Source: Lama guanicoe (taxonomy: Eukaryota). From it: a stretch of 64,000 nucleotides of DNA. Shown here one piece after another: positions 1 through 12,189 of the stretch (position 1 is its first letter; the number at the start of each line of letters is the position of its first letter). The translations under genes were made by a program, and so were the position numbers. The stretch is from assembly GCA_013239625.1 (NCBI GenBank), contig MU055574.1, forward strand, positions 26,569,373-26,633,372, read 5' to 3'. The notes beneath the pieces are model-generated. The model did not search any database. It was not told the origin of the DNA and was given only the letters and a program-made list of their open reading frames with translations.

Positions 1-2605
1 GAGGCCCGGGCTGGCTACGCAGCATCTCCAGACTCCAGCATCTGGACCCGTAAAGCGTGACCGTCACTTCTTCACAGAGGCGTCAGGAGGAGGCAGGACA
101 CGGGCTGCGGACGGGAGGCAGCATGGCGAGAGCCATGGTTTGCGTTTTTAGGTGGCTGTTCCGGGAGACGTCCCCGCTTGGTGAGGACTCAGCGCTCTGG
201 CGGCCTGTGGGTGTCGCGGTTTCGTAAACTCATCTCTGTGCCTGTGGCTACAGTGTGGAGACTCACCTAACCTGCCCCAGAGCCTCGCAGAGCCTGACCC
301 CGGTGGGAAACGAGGGGTCAGGGCTAAAATGAGGCCTTGCTGTTTGTAAATTCTCGGTTTCGCTTTGGACACAGAGGTCAAGGCGTCCTGAGGTCTCGGC
401 CGAGGTGGCCCAGCAGGATGCTCCAGGGGACAGGAAGGGGTAAGGCCTGTAGTGAGAAGTTCAGCAAACTCTCGGTCTTATTCCTCCCAAAATACGCTCC
501 CAGGCCCCTTGAACGGCCAGCACCCTCCTTTCACGCTGCACGATTTGCTGAGAATGATGGCACCCAGGGTGACAATTTGGAGAGCTCCCGTCTGCGTGTT
601 CTCCGCTCTTACGTGATGCAAAGGAGCTTCCTTTATGAGCTTTAGCCGGCCCCGGGGTCCACATCGCCAAATCTTGGCACACAGCTGGCTTTCCACAGAT
701 GTCCAGCGTCTGGGTGCTTCTCTCCAGCCACGGTGGGGGCCTCCGGCTCTGGGCTCATCGCCCCCCCGCCCCCAGTGCCCTGAATGTCAGGGTCACCTGA
801 CTGCCGGTGACAGGAACTGCTGGGGCAGCTCTTGGACAATACTGCGTCTTCCGTCAGGATGGCCCTTCTCCTTGCCAAGTCTGTCCGTGCATCCTGGGAC
901 CTTCGAGCCCAAATCTGGAATCACTCTTTGCAGACCCAGCAAAAGTCAGTATGTCTAAAGTGATTTGTGGGTCTGTTTGAACTTGCATTCCTGTGCTCTG
1001 CTGCTTGCTGTGGGCAAGAATTTTCTGATGGATTATGAAGAACAGAGTTTATATTAGAAGCTGCTGTTTTACTTTCTGAGACACGAAGTGGTAATTTCAT
1101 TAAAGGCTTTTACTCGTTCTCTGTAACTTTCAAATTGTCCTCAGTGGACCTTTATAAACATCAAGGAAGTTCTGTATCAGTCATTCAAAAATTATCCAAA
1201 AGGGCAGTTCTGAGATGGAGGAGAGAGTTCTTGTAGGTACACACACCATCACAGAGGTGTCAAAGCTCCCACGTGAAGAGATGGGCTCAGCCAGCGCCTT
1301 CAGGCAGTGAAGGAGGGGCGAGGACTGCCGCGGACCGCGTGTGTCCTTAGAGTGTCACCACCTCACAGGATTGTGTTTAGACGTTTTCTCGTTTCTCTTA
1401 ACACAGATGGAACAAAACCTCCCCCACCTTGAATTCCTGGAAGGAGGGTGCAGATTTTAACCCTTTCATACCCTCCAAGGCAGTAATTTCAGAAACGAAA
1501 CGTTCTCACCCCCGGGGCAGGAGTGCAATTTCGCCTCTGACCTGCGTGGCTGACACAAACGTTGTTACGATTTCTTTCTGGACGGGATCTCATCTTGATC
1601 CCCGGAGGATGACGTAAGGAAGGAACGCAGACAGGTGCAAGAGCGCCTCCAAATGCTGTCCTTTGCTGTTTGAAAAGTGTTTCTTCTAAGCTCACCCGTA
1701 AGTCTTTACAAGAGGAACCAAAGCACAAAATCACAAGACTAGCTTCAAAGATGCTGCCTGTTTCCCGGACAAGTTTCCTTTCTTGCCTTGAAGACTTGCT
1801 GGATATTAAAGTGACGTCAGGGTTCTCTCTCCGTAAAGAATTTGGGGGAGGCCTTTTTCTGTAGTAAAATGATTACAACAATATAATAATTTTAGCAAAA
1901 TTAAGGAAGTAACTGAAATGAAAACAGTTTATGCTATTTTATGCCATGGGCTTTTCTGGAAAATTCTTTTTGTCAACTCTGTGACTCTGTAACTAAATGC
2001 TGGAACGGTCTTGGGAGATCACAAGGGAAGAGTGGGAATTGGAGACAATTTTGCTGCCAGGTACGGAGCGCAAGGATACAGGAGTGATTCGGCCAAAAAA
2101 AAAACAAAAACCCTCCCTGACAAATTTATACCTCGACTGAAACTGAGTTCATTTGTCATAACAGAGCCTGCTTCATAAGCTGATGTGAAGCTTACATATT
2201 TAATAAACACAACTAAAGGTTAAAAATGTAATATTAAAATTTTAATAAAGATGAAATTGTTCATAAAACCCAGAAGAGTGCCTGGCACAGTGTAAGTGTG
2301 TTAACCAATGTTAGTATGTTTGTAGCTGTTAAAATATTGACTCATAAAAATTAGAGCACACAGAAAATATTTGCAAATGATGTGACCAATAAGTGGTTAA
2401 TATCCAAAATACATAAATAGCTCATATAACTCAATATCAAAAAAACAAACAACCTATTAATAAATGGGCGGAAGACCTAAATTGACATTTTTCCAAAGAG
2501 GACATGCAGGTGGCCAACAGGCACATGAAAAGACGCTCAATGTCACTAATCATCAGGGAAACGCAGATCAAAACCACAGTGAGACATCACGCAACGTCTG
2601 TCAGA

Positions 2606-2797
2606 NNNNNNNNNNNNNNNNNNNNNNNNNNNNNNNNNNNNNNNNNNNNNNNNNNNNNNNNNNNNNNNNNNNNNNNNNNNNNNNNNNNNNNNNNNNNNNN
2701 NNNNNNNNNNNNNNNNNNNNNNNNNNNNNNNNNNNNNNNNNNNNNNNNNNNNNNNNNNNNNNNNNNNNNNNNNNNNNNNNNNNNNNNNNNNNNNNNN
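2606..2797. other. Assembly gap (N run)
   Basis: Run of n in the sequence. Confidence 1.
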
Positions 2798-2920
2798 AAA
2801 CACTGATTCAAAAGACACAAGCACCCCAATGTTCACAGCAGCACTATTGATAATTGTCAAGACCTGGAAACAAATCAAGTGTCCATCAACAGATGACTGG
2901 AAAGGAAGATGTGTGTGGGC

Positions 2921-3088
2921 AACATGGACCTGCTGTACAGCACAGGGAACTATTCTCAGTGTCTTTTAATAGCCAATAATGGAAAATAATCTGAAAAAGA
3001 ACATATATATGTGTATAACTGAACCACTTTGCTGTGCACCTGAAACACTGTGCATCAACCACACTTCAGTTAGCAAATACAAAGAAAA
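2921..3088 (+). mobile_element. Short L1 3'-end fragment nested inside the older L1
   Basis: A second complete L1 3' terminus (ctgtacagcacagggaact...gtataactgaaccactttgctgtgcacctgaaac...cacttcag plus A-rich tail) interrupts the host element, with aagatgtg/aagatgag on either side. Confidence 0.75.
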
Positions 3089-4399
3089 TAAGATGAGGTG
3101 TGTATACATATGGTATACACACACACACAAGGGGATACTACTCAGCCACGAAAAATGAAATGTTGCCACCTGCAGCAACATGGATGGACTTGGAGGGCAT
3201 TACGCTAAGTGAAGTAAGTCAGACAGAGAAAGACAACTAAGGTATTTACCACTTAGATGTGGAATCTGAAAAATAAAACAAACTAGTGAATATAACAAAA
3301 AAGAAGCAGACTCACAGATACGGGGGACAAACTTGAGGTGACCAGTGGGGGGGTGCTGGTGGAGGGGCAGTGGGGCAGTGGATTAAGAGGTACGAGCCAC
3401 CCTGTGTAAGACAAGCTACAAGGATGTGCTGTGCACCACAGGGAACATGGCCGATGGTTTATAATAACTGTAAATGGAGTGTAACTTTTAAAAATTGTGA
3501 ATCCTTACATTGTACACTTGCAACTTACAGAATATTATACATCAGCTATACTTCAATGTAGAAAATAAGAAAATCTGAATTGGAAAAAAATTAAAGAACA
3601 CATTCAATATACTCTTTAGTTTTTAATATTTCAATGTCTAGAATATGAACATATTCTTAGTTATAAATTTAGCAAGAACAATTTCCAACCCATTGTTTAA
3701 ATTCATCATCATATCAGTTAACTTAAATCATCCTCTAATTTCACTTGCCGTGGGCTTTTTGTTTATTTATCACATGCCTGTCTGGAATTATATTTATGAT
3801 TTGATATTTCTGTTATGAGAAAGAAGCCGCGCTGGCTGACGCAGGGCCGCCAGAAGAATTCTGAGAACAGTACCTGATAAGCCCAGGCCTGGGAGGCGGA
3901 CGGCCGCGTTTTTTGGACCAGAACCCCGGCAACAACAGCTCTCTTGCAATTGCGAAATGAAACGGCTATGTGTCTCGTTCTTTGCATTTTCTTTTTCGAC
4001 GTTTGTTGGAACCGTAGGGATGTGCTTGACATCATTATTTTGAAAGGCTAGGCTTGTTATTTTGTGTCGGAAATAACCATGAGTGCTATTTCGAGAAAAC
4101 AAAGCACAATCAGTTCAAAATCAGAAAGTAAATGAAGGCTGCGTGGAGAACAGAGTGTTGTGGCAACGTGAGGTCTGGAGAGAGAGGCGGGGCTGACAAG
4201 AGAAGCCAGTGCGCGGCAGACACCTCACCCGAGCGACTGAACTCCAGGCTACGCCCTTAGGGGAGAACGTGACGGTGGCGGAATCAGGGAAAGAGGGGCT
4301 CTGGTCTCCATGCTCGTGTGCCCCCCAGATCTGCACGCTGAAGCCCTCCGCCACGTGATGGTTAATCAGGGGGTGACGAGGTCATGAGGGTGGGGCCCT

Positions 4400-5620
4400 C
4401 GTGAATGGGAGCAGTGCCTTCACAAAGAGCCCCCCACGTGTCCGCCACCGGGGGCGCAGGGCGAAGGGCGCAGGGCGCAGGCGCGGGGCTGCGGCCGGGA
4501 GTGGCCCCAGCAGCTCAGCAGACCCTGCCCGGAGCCCCCGCGCGTCCCGCAGCGGCCTGAGCCGGCGGGGAGGGGGCGCAGGGGAGGGGCGGGGTGGGGC
4601 GTGGCGCGCTCCGTCGGAAGCGCGTGTCTTCTGGAGGCGGCGGAGTGGAGCTGCTTAGGAAGAGGCGGGGCAGAGGGTAAGCGCAGAGCCGCCGCCTCCG
4701 GCGCTTGTGGACAGGCGGCAGAGGCGCCCTCCCTTCTGCCTCGCGGCGAGTGCTCGGTGACCGGCGGCCGCCCCGCCGAAAGGGCCCGCCGGATGGCCGG
4801 AGCCTCACGCGCGGTCAAAGGGATGGCTGAGAAACACCGCGGCGAGTTCCGGAACCGGAGCAGACACGGCGGCCTCCAGAGCAGAGCCTGTCGGGTGGGG
4901 GGCGAGGCCCCTCCCGGGGCGGAGGACCCGCCGCACCGGCAGGCCGTCCACGCGCACCGCCCCCGGGCCTGCCCTGCGGCCACCGCCCGCAGCACCTGGG
5001 CTGCCTGTGGACCCTCCTGGGGGTCCCCGCGTCCTTGCTTCCCCACCCCTCCAAGGGACCCAGCCCGACGCCGCCCTCTGCCGAGCTGGGCTCGGCTTGC
5101 GTCAGATTTCGCGTTTGGTTTGCTCATGGTGTCCTGGGTGGTGGCAGGTCGAAGCCCCAGTTGCCAGCACAGGCTGCGGGCTCGTGGCTCCCCGACTTCC
5201 CCGAACCTGAGGGACAGACGGCAGTCGCGCCCCGTGCCACGGGGGACACGCCGCGCGGCCGGCCGCTCGGTCGGTTTGCGATGCGCCGCGCCGCCTCGGG
5301 CTGCTGCGTCCTCGGCTCAGACAGTCCTTCCAGCGCGCAGGTGGGGGGGCAGGGCTGCCGGCAGGGGCCTTTAGGGAGTCTCTGGGTTCAGGGAGAGAAG
5401 CTGACGGAGGAGTTCCACCTGGAGGAGCTTGAGTTTGAATCTCGCCAGGTTTGGGGGACTCCTCGCGGTGGGGAGCGGAGGGAGGGGCGTGACAGGTCAT
5501 CGCAGCCGGAGTCCCGGGCCTCCCCTCCCGTATCCGGCCACGTCCCGGCCTCGCTTAACCAGAAGCCGCAGCGCGGGACGCCCGCACCCTTGCAGACTCA
5601 GAGTCCGCCCTTCTCGCTCT
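4400..5620. promoter_or_regulatory. CpG island, probable bidirectional promoter
   Basis: About 1.2 kb of very high GC with dense CpG and GC-box/Sp1-like motifs (ggggcggggt near 4586, aggcgggg near 4663). Candidate exons diverge from it on both strands. Confidence 0.85.
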
Positions 5621-5655
5621 GGAGCAGGAGAGGGGAGGGTGCATGGTCCTTTCAG

Positions 5656-6045
5656 GGTCACTGTTTTTGTAACAGCCCTGAGCAGGGTGTTTGAGGCTTT
5701 GCGCACAGAAATCCATCTGGCTGAGGTGTTTGGAGACCACATTTTGCTCCAAGTTCCAGTTCCTCCCAGGAACGGGTGACCTCAGCCCCACTGATCCAAG
5801 GTGACCTTTCCCATGAGGCTACTGCCTGTGGGAAGTGTCTGCCCGAGTGTCTGAGCGCGGCGTCGGGGTCGGTGTCCCTCTTCTCCGCTGCAGTGGCGGA
5901 CAGCTGTCCCCGCTTCCGAGGGGTCTGGGCGGGCAGAGCCTGCCCTTGAGTCTCCAGGGGACATGTGGCGGGTGGGGGACGCTGCTGGGCCTGGAAGCGC
6001 TGCCTGCTGGGTTTTCCTGCTTCTCGGAATATTTACTAAACCAGG
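5656..6045 (+). pseudogene. RGS22/RGSL1-like N-terminal motif exons
   Basis: Exon ttcag|5656...5775|gtgacc translates VTVFVTALSRVFEALRTEIHLAEVFGDHILLQVPVPP. Exon tctccag|5958 translates GTCGGWGTLLGLEALPAGFSCFSEYLLNQ. Confidence 0.55.
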
Positions 6046-7189
6046 GTTTCTGTCGTCTCTCAACACAGCCTGCGAGCCCGCGGTGGGCCGCGTGGCAGGC
6101 TGGGGACGGGCTCCTTTCTAGAAAGGGCAGTGCCGCAGTGACCGTGTCACCTGGGGCCCTGGGTGACCCCCCCCCACCAGCTGGTGCGGCCTCCAAACCC
6201 CTCATCTGGCCCCTGGGTTAGCTTTTGTCTTAATTCGTGTGGTTTTGACTGAAGTCATCTGGCAGCACTGAGACCTAGGACGAAATCAGCGGGTCTCCTC
6301 TGACAGCCCTGCGCGCAGTCCGTGAGGTTTGTGGTCTCTTCATCAAACATGTAGTTAAATGTCACAAAATGAAACCATGAAGACCTTGTCTAGGAAAAAT
6401 TCATGTCTGTCCAGAGGCGCCAAATGTGCTTTAAAGCTAAACTGTCGGGGAAGCTGGGAAAGCTTAGTCTAAAATTTTGCAAGCTTGCTTAGATGAGACA
6501 TTAAATCTAGCAATTAAATTGCTTTTAATAATTTAAATTTTTGAAATAAAAACAAACTTTGAAAAGAGAGCGGGTACAAAACACAGCGTCCCCCTGAGCA
6601 TTCCAGACACGCTGAAGGTCAGATGTTGAGTTACAGTCTTGACCAAGAGCCAGGGGCTCGTTGGACACTAAAAAAATAAATCACCCCTTTCTGCAGAGAC
6701 GGGGAGGCTGGAGCCGCCCGCGTGCACCGCCCTTGCCCCTCGCACCCCGCTGCCCACCGGCCGCCCCGGGCGCAGTGCGGGGTCTCTCACTTGTGAACGT
6801 TTTCCTTTCACAGTGGAAACTTGGTACTTGTTACTGATAATAAACGCACCAAGTGCCTCTTAGTTCTAGGAACTGATTCTCCGGCGGCCCTCTCCTGGGA
6901 GTTAACACGCACAAGAAGTGTTTCTGCCCTACAGGAAGGCAAAGTGGGAGGGGCTGGGAGTCCTGCTGAGGCGCTGCGTTTACTAACTCCACGGGCCACA
7001 CCTGGCCTGTGTCTGGGGGGGGCGGGGGGGGGAAAGGGGGGGGGGAGCACGTCTCCCGTCAGGGGTTTAAATGTTCATCGTAAAGGACAGTTGACCGACA
7101 CACAGAAGTGATTGGATGCTGGTAAGAACCACAGGGAGCATCTGGGGTAGTGGGGCTCACTGTTCTATTTCATACAAACTCTGGGGCAG

Positions 7190-7540
7190 CTCCCAGGGGG
7201 AGGTACATGAGATTTCCTGCAGCTTGCAGGGGAGGTGTGCTCCAGGCACAGGGATGGCCTGTGCAAAGGCCCTGAGGCAGGGCACACCTGGCTCCACCTG
7301 GGAGCAGCAAGCAGCTTGGTGTGTCCAAAAAGAAATTGGAGAGGGACAGGGCCCCGAGACCCAAAGGAGGCGCCAAGGGGGACCTCGAGATCTCTCCCAG
7401 TGCAGTGACCATGAGGAGGGCTTAAGCGTTCGCTGGGATGGCTCTGGCTGCAGGAGGCCAGACCGAGGGAGGGGCAAGGGTCAGAACAGAGGCTTTGATC
7501 CAGGCAGGGCGGGAGGAGCGGCCCGCCTGGGGCATCTGTG
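7190..7540 (-). mobile_element. L2 fragment
   Basis: Degenerate L2 text: ggcacagggatggcctgtgcaaaggccctgaggcagg...gagcagcaagcagcttggtgtg...ttaagc...ctctggctgca. Confidence 0.6.
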
Positions 7541-9593
7541 ACGCTGAGGCTGGGGGAAGGCTCTGGCTTCAGTAACCAGGACAGTGGTGGTGTTCTGAGG
7601 GGAAGAGATGGTTCCTCCAGGACCTTGGTCAGAGGTCCACGGCCACCCCCTCTGCTTGGTCTTCTGGGACGCCTGGGACATGAGGTCCCCCCGTGAGGGA
7701 GCCCACGGGGGCACCTGGTGGAGAACGGGGTACACAGAGGGGGTCAGTCCCCTGATACCATCTTCCTGGGGAAAAGCGACCATGAAGACACAGATTTTGA
7801 ATAAATATGATCTGAAATTTCAGAGCAGGTTAATGTCTACATTCCCAATGCCCCGCCAGCGGCCGCGGCTTCCCACAGCCGCATGGCTTTGTCGGCAGTG
7901 CCGTGAGGAGTATGGAGCAGGAAGGACGGGCAGTGAACTGTGTGCTACTCTCTAGCATCACCCTCCCCATCTGGGCGGCAGGGCCCTGGCAGGTTCAGCA
8001 GGTCCCCAGCACACCCGGGGACAGTGAGTGGCAGAGACAAGGTGCCTTGATGGCGGTGGAGGGAGGGGGTGGGACTCAGGTCTGGCCTAGTGGGCGCCTG
8101 GACTCCTTGTCTGCGCGTCTGTCTTCTTAGCAAACAGAGCACAGCGCCGACCTCCTGCAGCACAGCCACACGTGGAGACAGAGGGGTTGGCCCTCGGGAG
8201 GAGCTCCCCCGGCATCAGCCTCGGGCCCTTCTGGGAGCTGGACCCTCCTGAAGGCTTTCCAGGGCAGAGTCCGTCAGCGAGGACAGGCCCCCCTTCCTCC
8301 TTTACGTTCAGTTGTTCCCGAGCTCAGGCACGTGGCATCCGCGAGTGTCGCTCAGAAAGAGAGTAGCACAGAGCCGCCCGTCTCAGAAGCTGCCACGGCA
8401 GCAGAGGAGGGACACACAGACAGCACCCCGTAACCAGGCCGGGAGCGGTCAGGGCCAGGAGACCCAGCACCGAGGGGCCCCGAGTGAACAACCTGCCTTC
8501 TGAAGCAGAAACAGAAAAACAGACGCAGCGGCTGGCAGAGGCCCCTCCACCCCGGGAGCAGAGCGGAGCCCTGCACCCGCAGGGGCGCGCATTCCGACTT
8601 CTGGTCTCTTTGAAATCTGCACTTCTAACTCTCATTTAATCACGAAGCACATCTTTCATTTCAAAGCCCACCTGAAGTTCTGCATTTTCTCTCTGCAGCT
8701 TGTCTGCAGGGAAAGGTTTAGTTCTTCCCTCTGGGTTAAAACATCAGTCACCACCCTCACCTGGTCGCCTGTGGGGTCAGCTGCCAGGTGTGTGCCTTCT
8801 TGTCGTGTTGTGTAGATCAGAGCGACACCCAGAGCTGACCCGTCCTGGCCGCTGCGCTGACTGAGGGACAGCAGGGGAGCTGGCACTGGCGGAATGACGA
8901 ATCCTGGATGGTGAATATCCAGGAAACCAACGGCGAAGTCATCAACTCCCACAGCACAGAAACAGCGTTAAAAGTCATCAGTTCCCGTGTCTCTCAAACA
9001 CCTTAGCCTTGATATACTCTCTCCAAACCACGTTTAGTGAGGAAGCCCAGGATGTGGGACACACGCCCCCCCGGGCTGCACTACTGGCAGAGGGGTGGGG
9101 GCTGGACCCCCGCACCTGCTCTCTGCCTGCCCCCCGAGCAGCCCTGGCCCCACAGTGGCCCCAGGGGGGCCCAAGGGTTTGGAGCACGGTTCTCAACCAC
9201 CGCTCTGAATTAAAGCTCGAGCCAGTGCTGGAACCATCTCCGTAACAGCAGCCTGGCCAAGTGACTGTCTACGCACAGTCACCACTGTGAGGAGGCATTT
9301 CCTTCCTCGGATACATCCTTGTGCTCATGAAGCACAGCTGGGCAGGAAGGAAACGTGAGACTTCCTTCTCCAAGCATGGGCGGGGCTCTCGGGGTGGCGG
9401 GGACACAGAGTGGTTCCTTCTAGGTTATGAGTGGGGCCGGCCAGGTCTTCGCAACTGCAGGTCCTCAGCACGTTACTTACTCTTTCTGAGCTTTGATGTT
9501 CACATCACACAGAACTTTGTGGGCCTTAATAAATAAGTGACCAGCACTTACTGGGCACTCAATGTTTGCTGCAATGATAGTGTTGGTGGTGGT

Positions 9594-9899
9594 GATGATG
9601 GAGGTGAGGAGGATGCTGATGATGGAGGTGAAGATGATGCTGATGATGGAGGTGAAGGGGATGCTGATGATGGAGGTGAGGATGATGCTGATGATGGAGG
9701 TGAGGAGGATGCTGATGACGAAGGTGAGGGGGGTGCTGATGATGGAGGTGAAGGGGATGCTGATAATGGAGGTGAGGAGGATGCTGATGATGAAGGTGAG
9801 GGGGATGCTGATGATGGAGGTGAAGGGGACGCTGATGATGAAGGTGAGGGGGATGCTGATGATGGAGGTGAAGGGGACGCTGATGATGAGGTGAGGAGG
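9594..9899. repeat. 24-bp minisatellite (GATGATGGAGGTGA[A/G]GGGGATGCT), about 12.7 copies
   Basis: Directly visible tandem array. It generates the acidic DADDGGEG-repeat ORF 9537..10031. Confidence 0.97.
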
Positions 9900-11136
9900 T
9901 GGAGGCTACAAACGCATTTCTTTCAGTTTCCCACCATGTCCGGTAGGGCCACTCGCGGGATCACTGGGACAGTGTACCCTATACTGTCCATCACAGAACT
10001 TGGAAAAGCTGAGAATTGGCAGGGGTTTTAGACTTCGTAGCCTCCTTGTGTGAGGTCATTATTTTAAATCAAATGTGAAAAATGAAGAGGGCACATAAAT
10101 TCCTTTTTAGAACCAAAAACTCTGGCTTTCACTTTGAGGTTTTAGTTTTTTGACCCCATTGATCTAGAGGTGCTTGAGAGTGCTTCTCAGTAATAATGGC
10201 CAAAGCAAAAACATGTGAATAGAAAATACATTTTGGTAGAAAAAGACTAGAGACAGGTTTTTCTTGAAGAAACAGACCCTGTCACCTGGCCCCTGGCCCA
10301 GATCTCTGGGCCCCCAAATCCCAGGAAACCAGCTTTCTCTCACAGAGGTCTCAGAACAAGTCTGAAATTCAGAACAGGGTTATCTGCTCACATCTGAAAC
10401 AGCTCAGTGGTCTACTTGTGTCCATAACCCCTTTTTGTAGTGATAAGTGACCAGCATGAAAGACACCAGAGTCCGGGTTGTTAACGGAGGGAGAGGGGGG
10501 CGGGGGAGATTTCAGCATTGCTCAGACACTGATCCACTGACCAGAGCTGCCCCTTCCAACCTTCCCCTCCAGTCCGCCCACGCCCATGCCCGCACGTGTC
10601 TCAACACCTGGGTTTGCGAGGCCCACAAGGTACTGTAAGGAGCAGCCAGTGCTCTGCTGACAGATGTGTTGTGACCACTGGACCCTTTGAATCTATTGAA
10701 AAATTTCTCTTAAAAAATCCCTCAACCCCCCTCCCCAAACTGTCCATTTTTCACTCTTTTAGGAGAAGACACCTCTTACCTGCAGAGGTAAAGGGGCGAC
10801 CGGCTCATAAAAGCAGGAGCAGCAGACTTTTTTCTGCTACAAAGGGTTTTACCTGGAGGGGAAGGTTGAGAGGTGAGAGACCTCCAAAGGGACAATGACA
10901 GAACAGACATCGATGCTGGAGATGTGCGTCGGGCCCCTTGCAGACTGATGCCTCCCCCGGATGCTCGGAGACAGACTCGGGCTGCGAGCCCACAGGGACG
11001 TTCTGGCTTCTCGCCGAAGCAGGTGTGTGACACTCAGAAGACTTGGAATAAAACCCGTGCTTATAAACCATGTACGTTTTAAAACAGAATGAAGTGTTTC
11101 TCAAATCAGGGTTGAAGAAATCAATTCTAATTTTAG

Positions 11137-11265
11137 AAAGTTCTTCACTGAGACAGCCCTTGGCATGTGTTCAGACTGAAGCGAATGGAGCTCAGGTCCC
11201 TGGACAGAGTGAGCGGAGCCCCGGCAGCGGGCGGGCCGGCGTCCTCTTCAGACAACACGAGGATG
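11137..11265 (+). pseudogene. Exon remnant of the plus-strand decayed gene
   Basis: Strong splice sites (ttctaattttag| and |gtgagt), 129 nt. The phase-0 reading KVLH*DSPWHVFRLKRMELRSL... has one TGA and would join the next candidate exon 13108-13209 (EWRRILDWQGHIHPGG...). Confidence 0.55.
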
Positions 11266-11405
11266 GTGAGTAGGTGGGGGTGGCTGGAGACCCCCCTTCC
11301 ACATGGTGCTCCTTCTTCCTATTTAATAACCCCCCTTCCCTCCAGCCCCCCAACCTCCTCCCCTCCCTTTCTTCCTGCCCTCCCTCCTTCCCTCCCCCAC
11401 CCCTC

Positions 11406-11453
11406 NNNNNNNNNNNNNNNNNNNNNNNNNNNNNNNNNNNNNNNNNNNNNNNN
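11406..11453. other. Assembly gap (N run) after a CT-rich tract
   Basis: Run of n in the sequence. Confidence 1.
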
Positions 11454-11454
11454 C

Positions 11455-11880
11455 CATCCGACAGACTCTTCAGCCAAGCACTCTTCTGGGGGCCGGAGGC
11501 CCAGCACCCCAAGCCCCAGAGACCTCTGTCCTCAGCCAGTTGACATTACAGTGGAAAGAGACCGAAACTAAACACACAGTCAATAATCTCAAGACGTCAA
11601 ACGCTGCGGTGGGAGTTACCACGCCGAGACGGAGAGCCACGGGTTGGGGCAGAGGCTATTCTAGAGGGGTCAGGAGGGGCCTCTCTGAGGAGGCGCCCCG
11701 GCCTGACCCCGGAGTTCTGGAAAGCAGTAAGGCATGTGGAGATTTGGGGACGTGGCTCCAAGCAGCGAACAGCAGCTGCAAAAGCCATTGGGTAGGGAGA
11801 CCACGGCGAGTGAGGAGCAGGGAGAGGGTCAGGGCGGCTGGAAGGTGTGAGGGGGCCTGGGGTCACAGAGTGACCGTGGA
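11455..11880 (-). mobile_element. L2 3' fragment
   Basis: ...tgtcctcagccagttgacattacagtggaaagagac...ggtcaggaggggcctctctgaggagg...cagctgcaaaagcc resembles the antisense L2 3' end. Confidence 0.6.
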
Positions 11881-12189
11881 GGGGGAGGTGCCCCGTCCGC
11901 GGGCAGGACTTCAGGTCTCATCGCAACTCAAGTTCCCGGGAGCCTGGGTGTGCTGATCACAGCATCCATTTCATACGTTCGAGCAAAAGTGCTGGGCATT
12001 GTCTTCAGGATGGACCCTCGGTTAGAGAAGAGACAAAGGACGCGCTGGGAGGCGGCGGAGCTGTCTGGGCAAGACAGGGCGCCGGCGGGGACCCGGTCAG
12101 CCTCGGCGTGTCCTGATGTGGGGTGTGGGCGCGGAGGAGGCAGGGCTGCAGCACAAGGGTGACTCAGGCTTTTCCTAAGAGGACTTGGA

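Larger units (their letters stand above)
2363..3585 (+). mobile_element. 5'-truncated L1 (ORF2 C-terminus plus 3' UTR), laurasiatherian/cetartiodactyl type
   Basis: Contains typical L1 ORF2 3' text (gaaaatatttgcaaatgat..., atggatggacttggagggcatt...) and ends in atcagctatacttcaat plus an A-rich tail. TSD-like flanks are aaaaattagagcacaca (2346-2362) and aaaaattaaagaacaca (3586-3602). Includes the gap at 2606-2797. Confidence 0.9.
267..4047 (-). pseudogene. Decayed multi-exon gene (or lncRNA derived from one), unidentified, transcribed leftwards from the CpG island and probably continuing beyond the window start
   Basis: Candidate exons on the minus strand are 4047-3874 (donor CAG|gtactg), about 2179-2132 (cag|...|gtataa), about 2090-1975 (acceptor mutated) and 1858-267 (acceptor ttttactacag, donor TTAG|gtgagt). 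Splice phases chain as AFQNNDVKHIPTV...LGLS-AYEAGSVMTNELSFSR-...-KRPPPNSLRRENPDVTLISSK. The 1.6-kb exon has stops in all three frames. Confidence 0.4.

Noticed and set aside
4420-5694. Long overlapping ORFs in the CpG island (235, 257 and 219 aa)
   Set aside because: They are Arg/Gly/Pro/Ala-rich ORFs on both strands, as expected from stop-codon scarcity at very high GC, with no domain similarity.
8699-8787. WD40-like motif SVTTLTWSPVG
   Set aside because: It is a single short match with no further WD repeats, and the strand and frame of this segment are ambiguous.
9537-10031. 164-aa Asp/Gly/Glu-rich ORF as a protein-coding gene
   Set aside because: It is entirely explained by the 24-bp minisatellite, starts at GTG, and shows no supporting exon structure.
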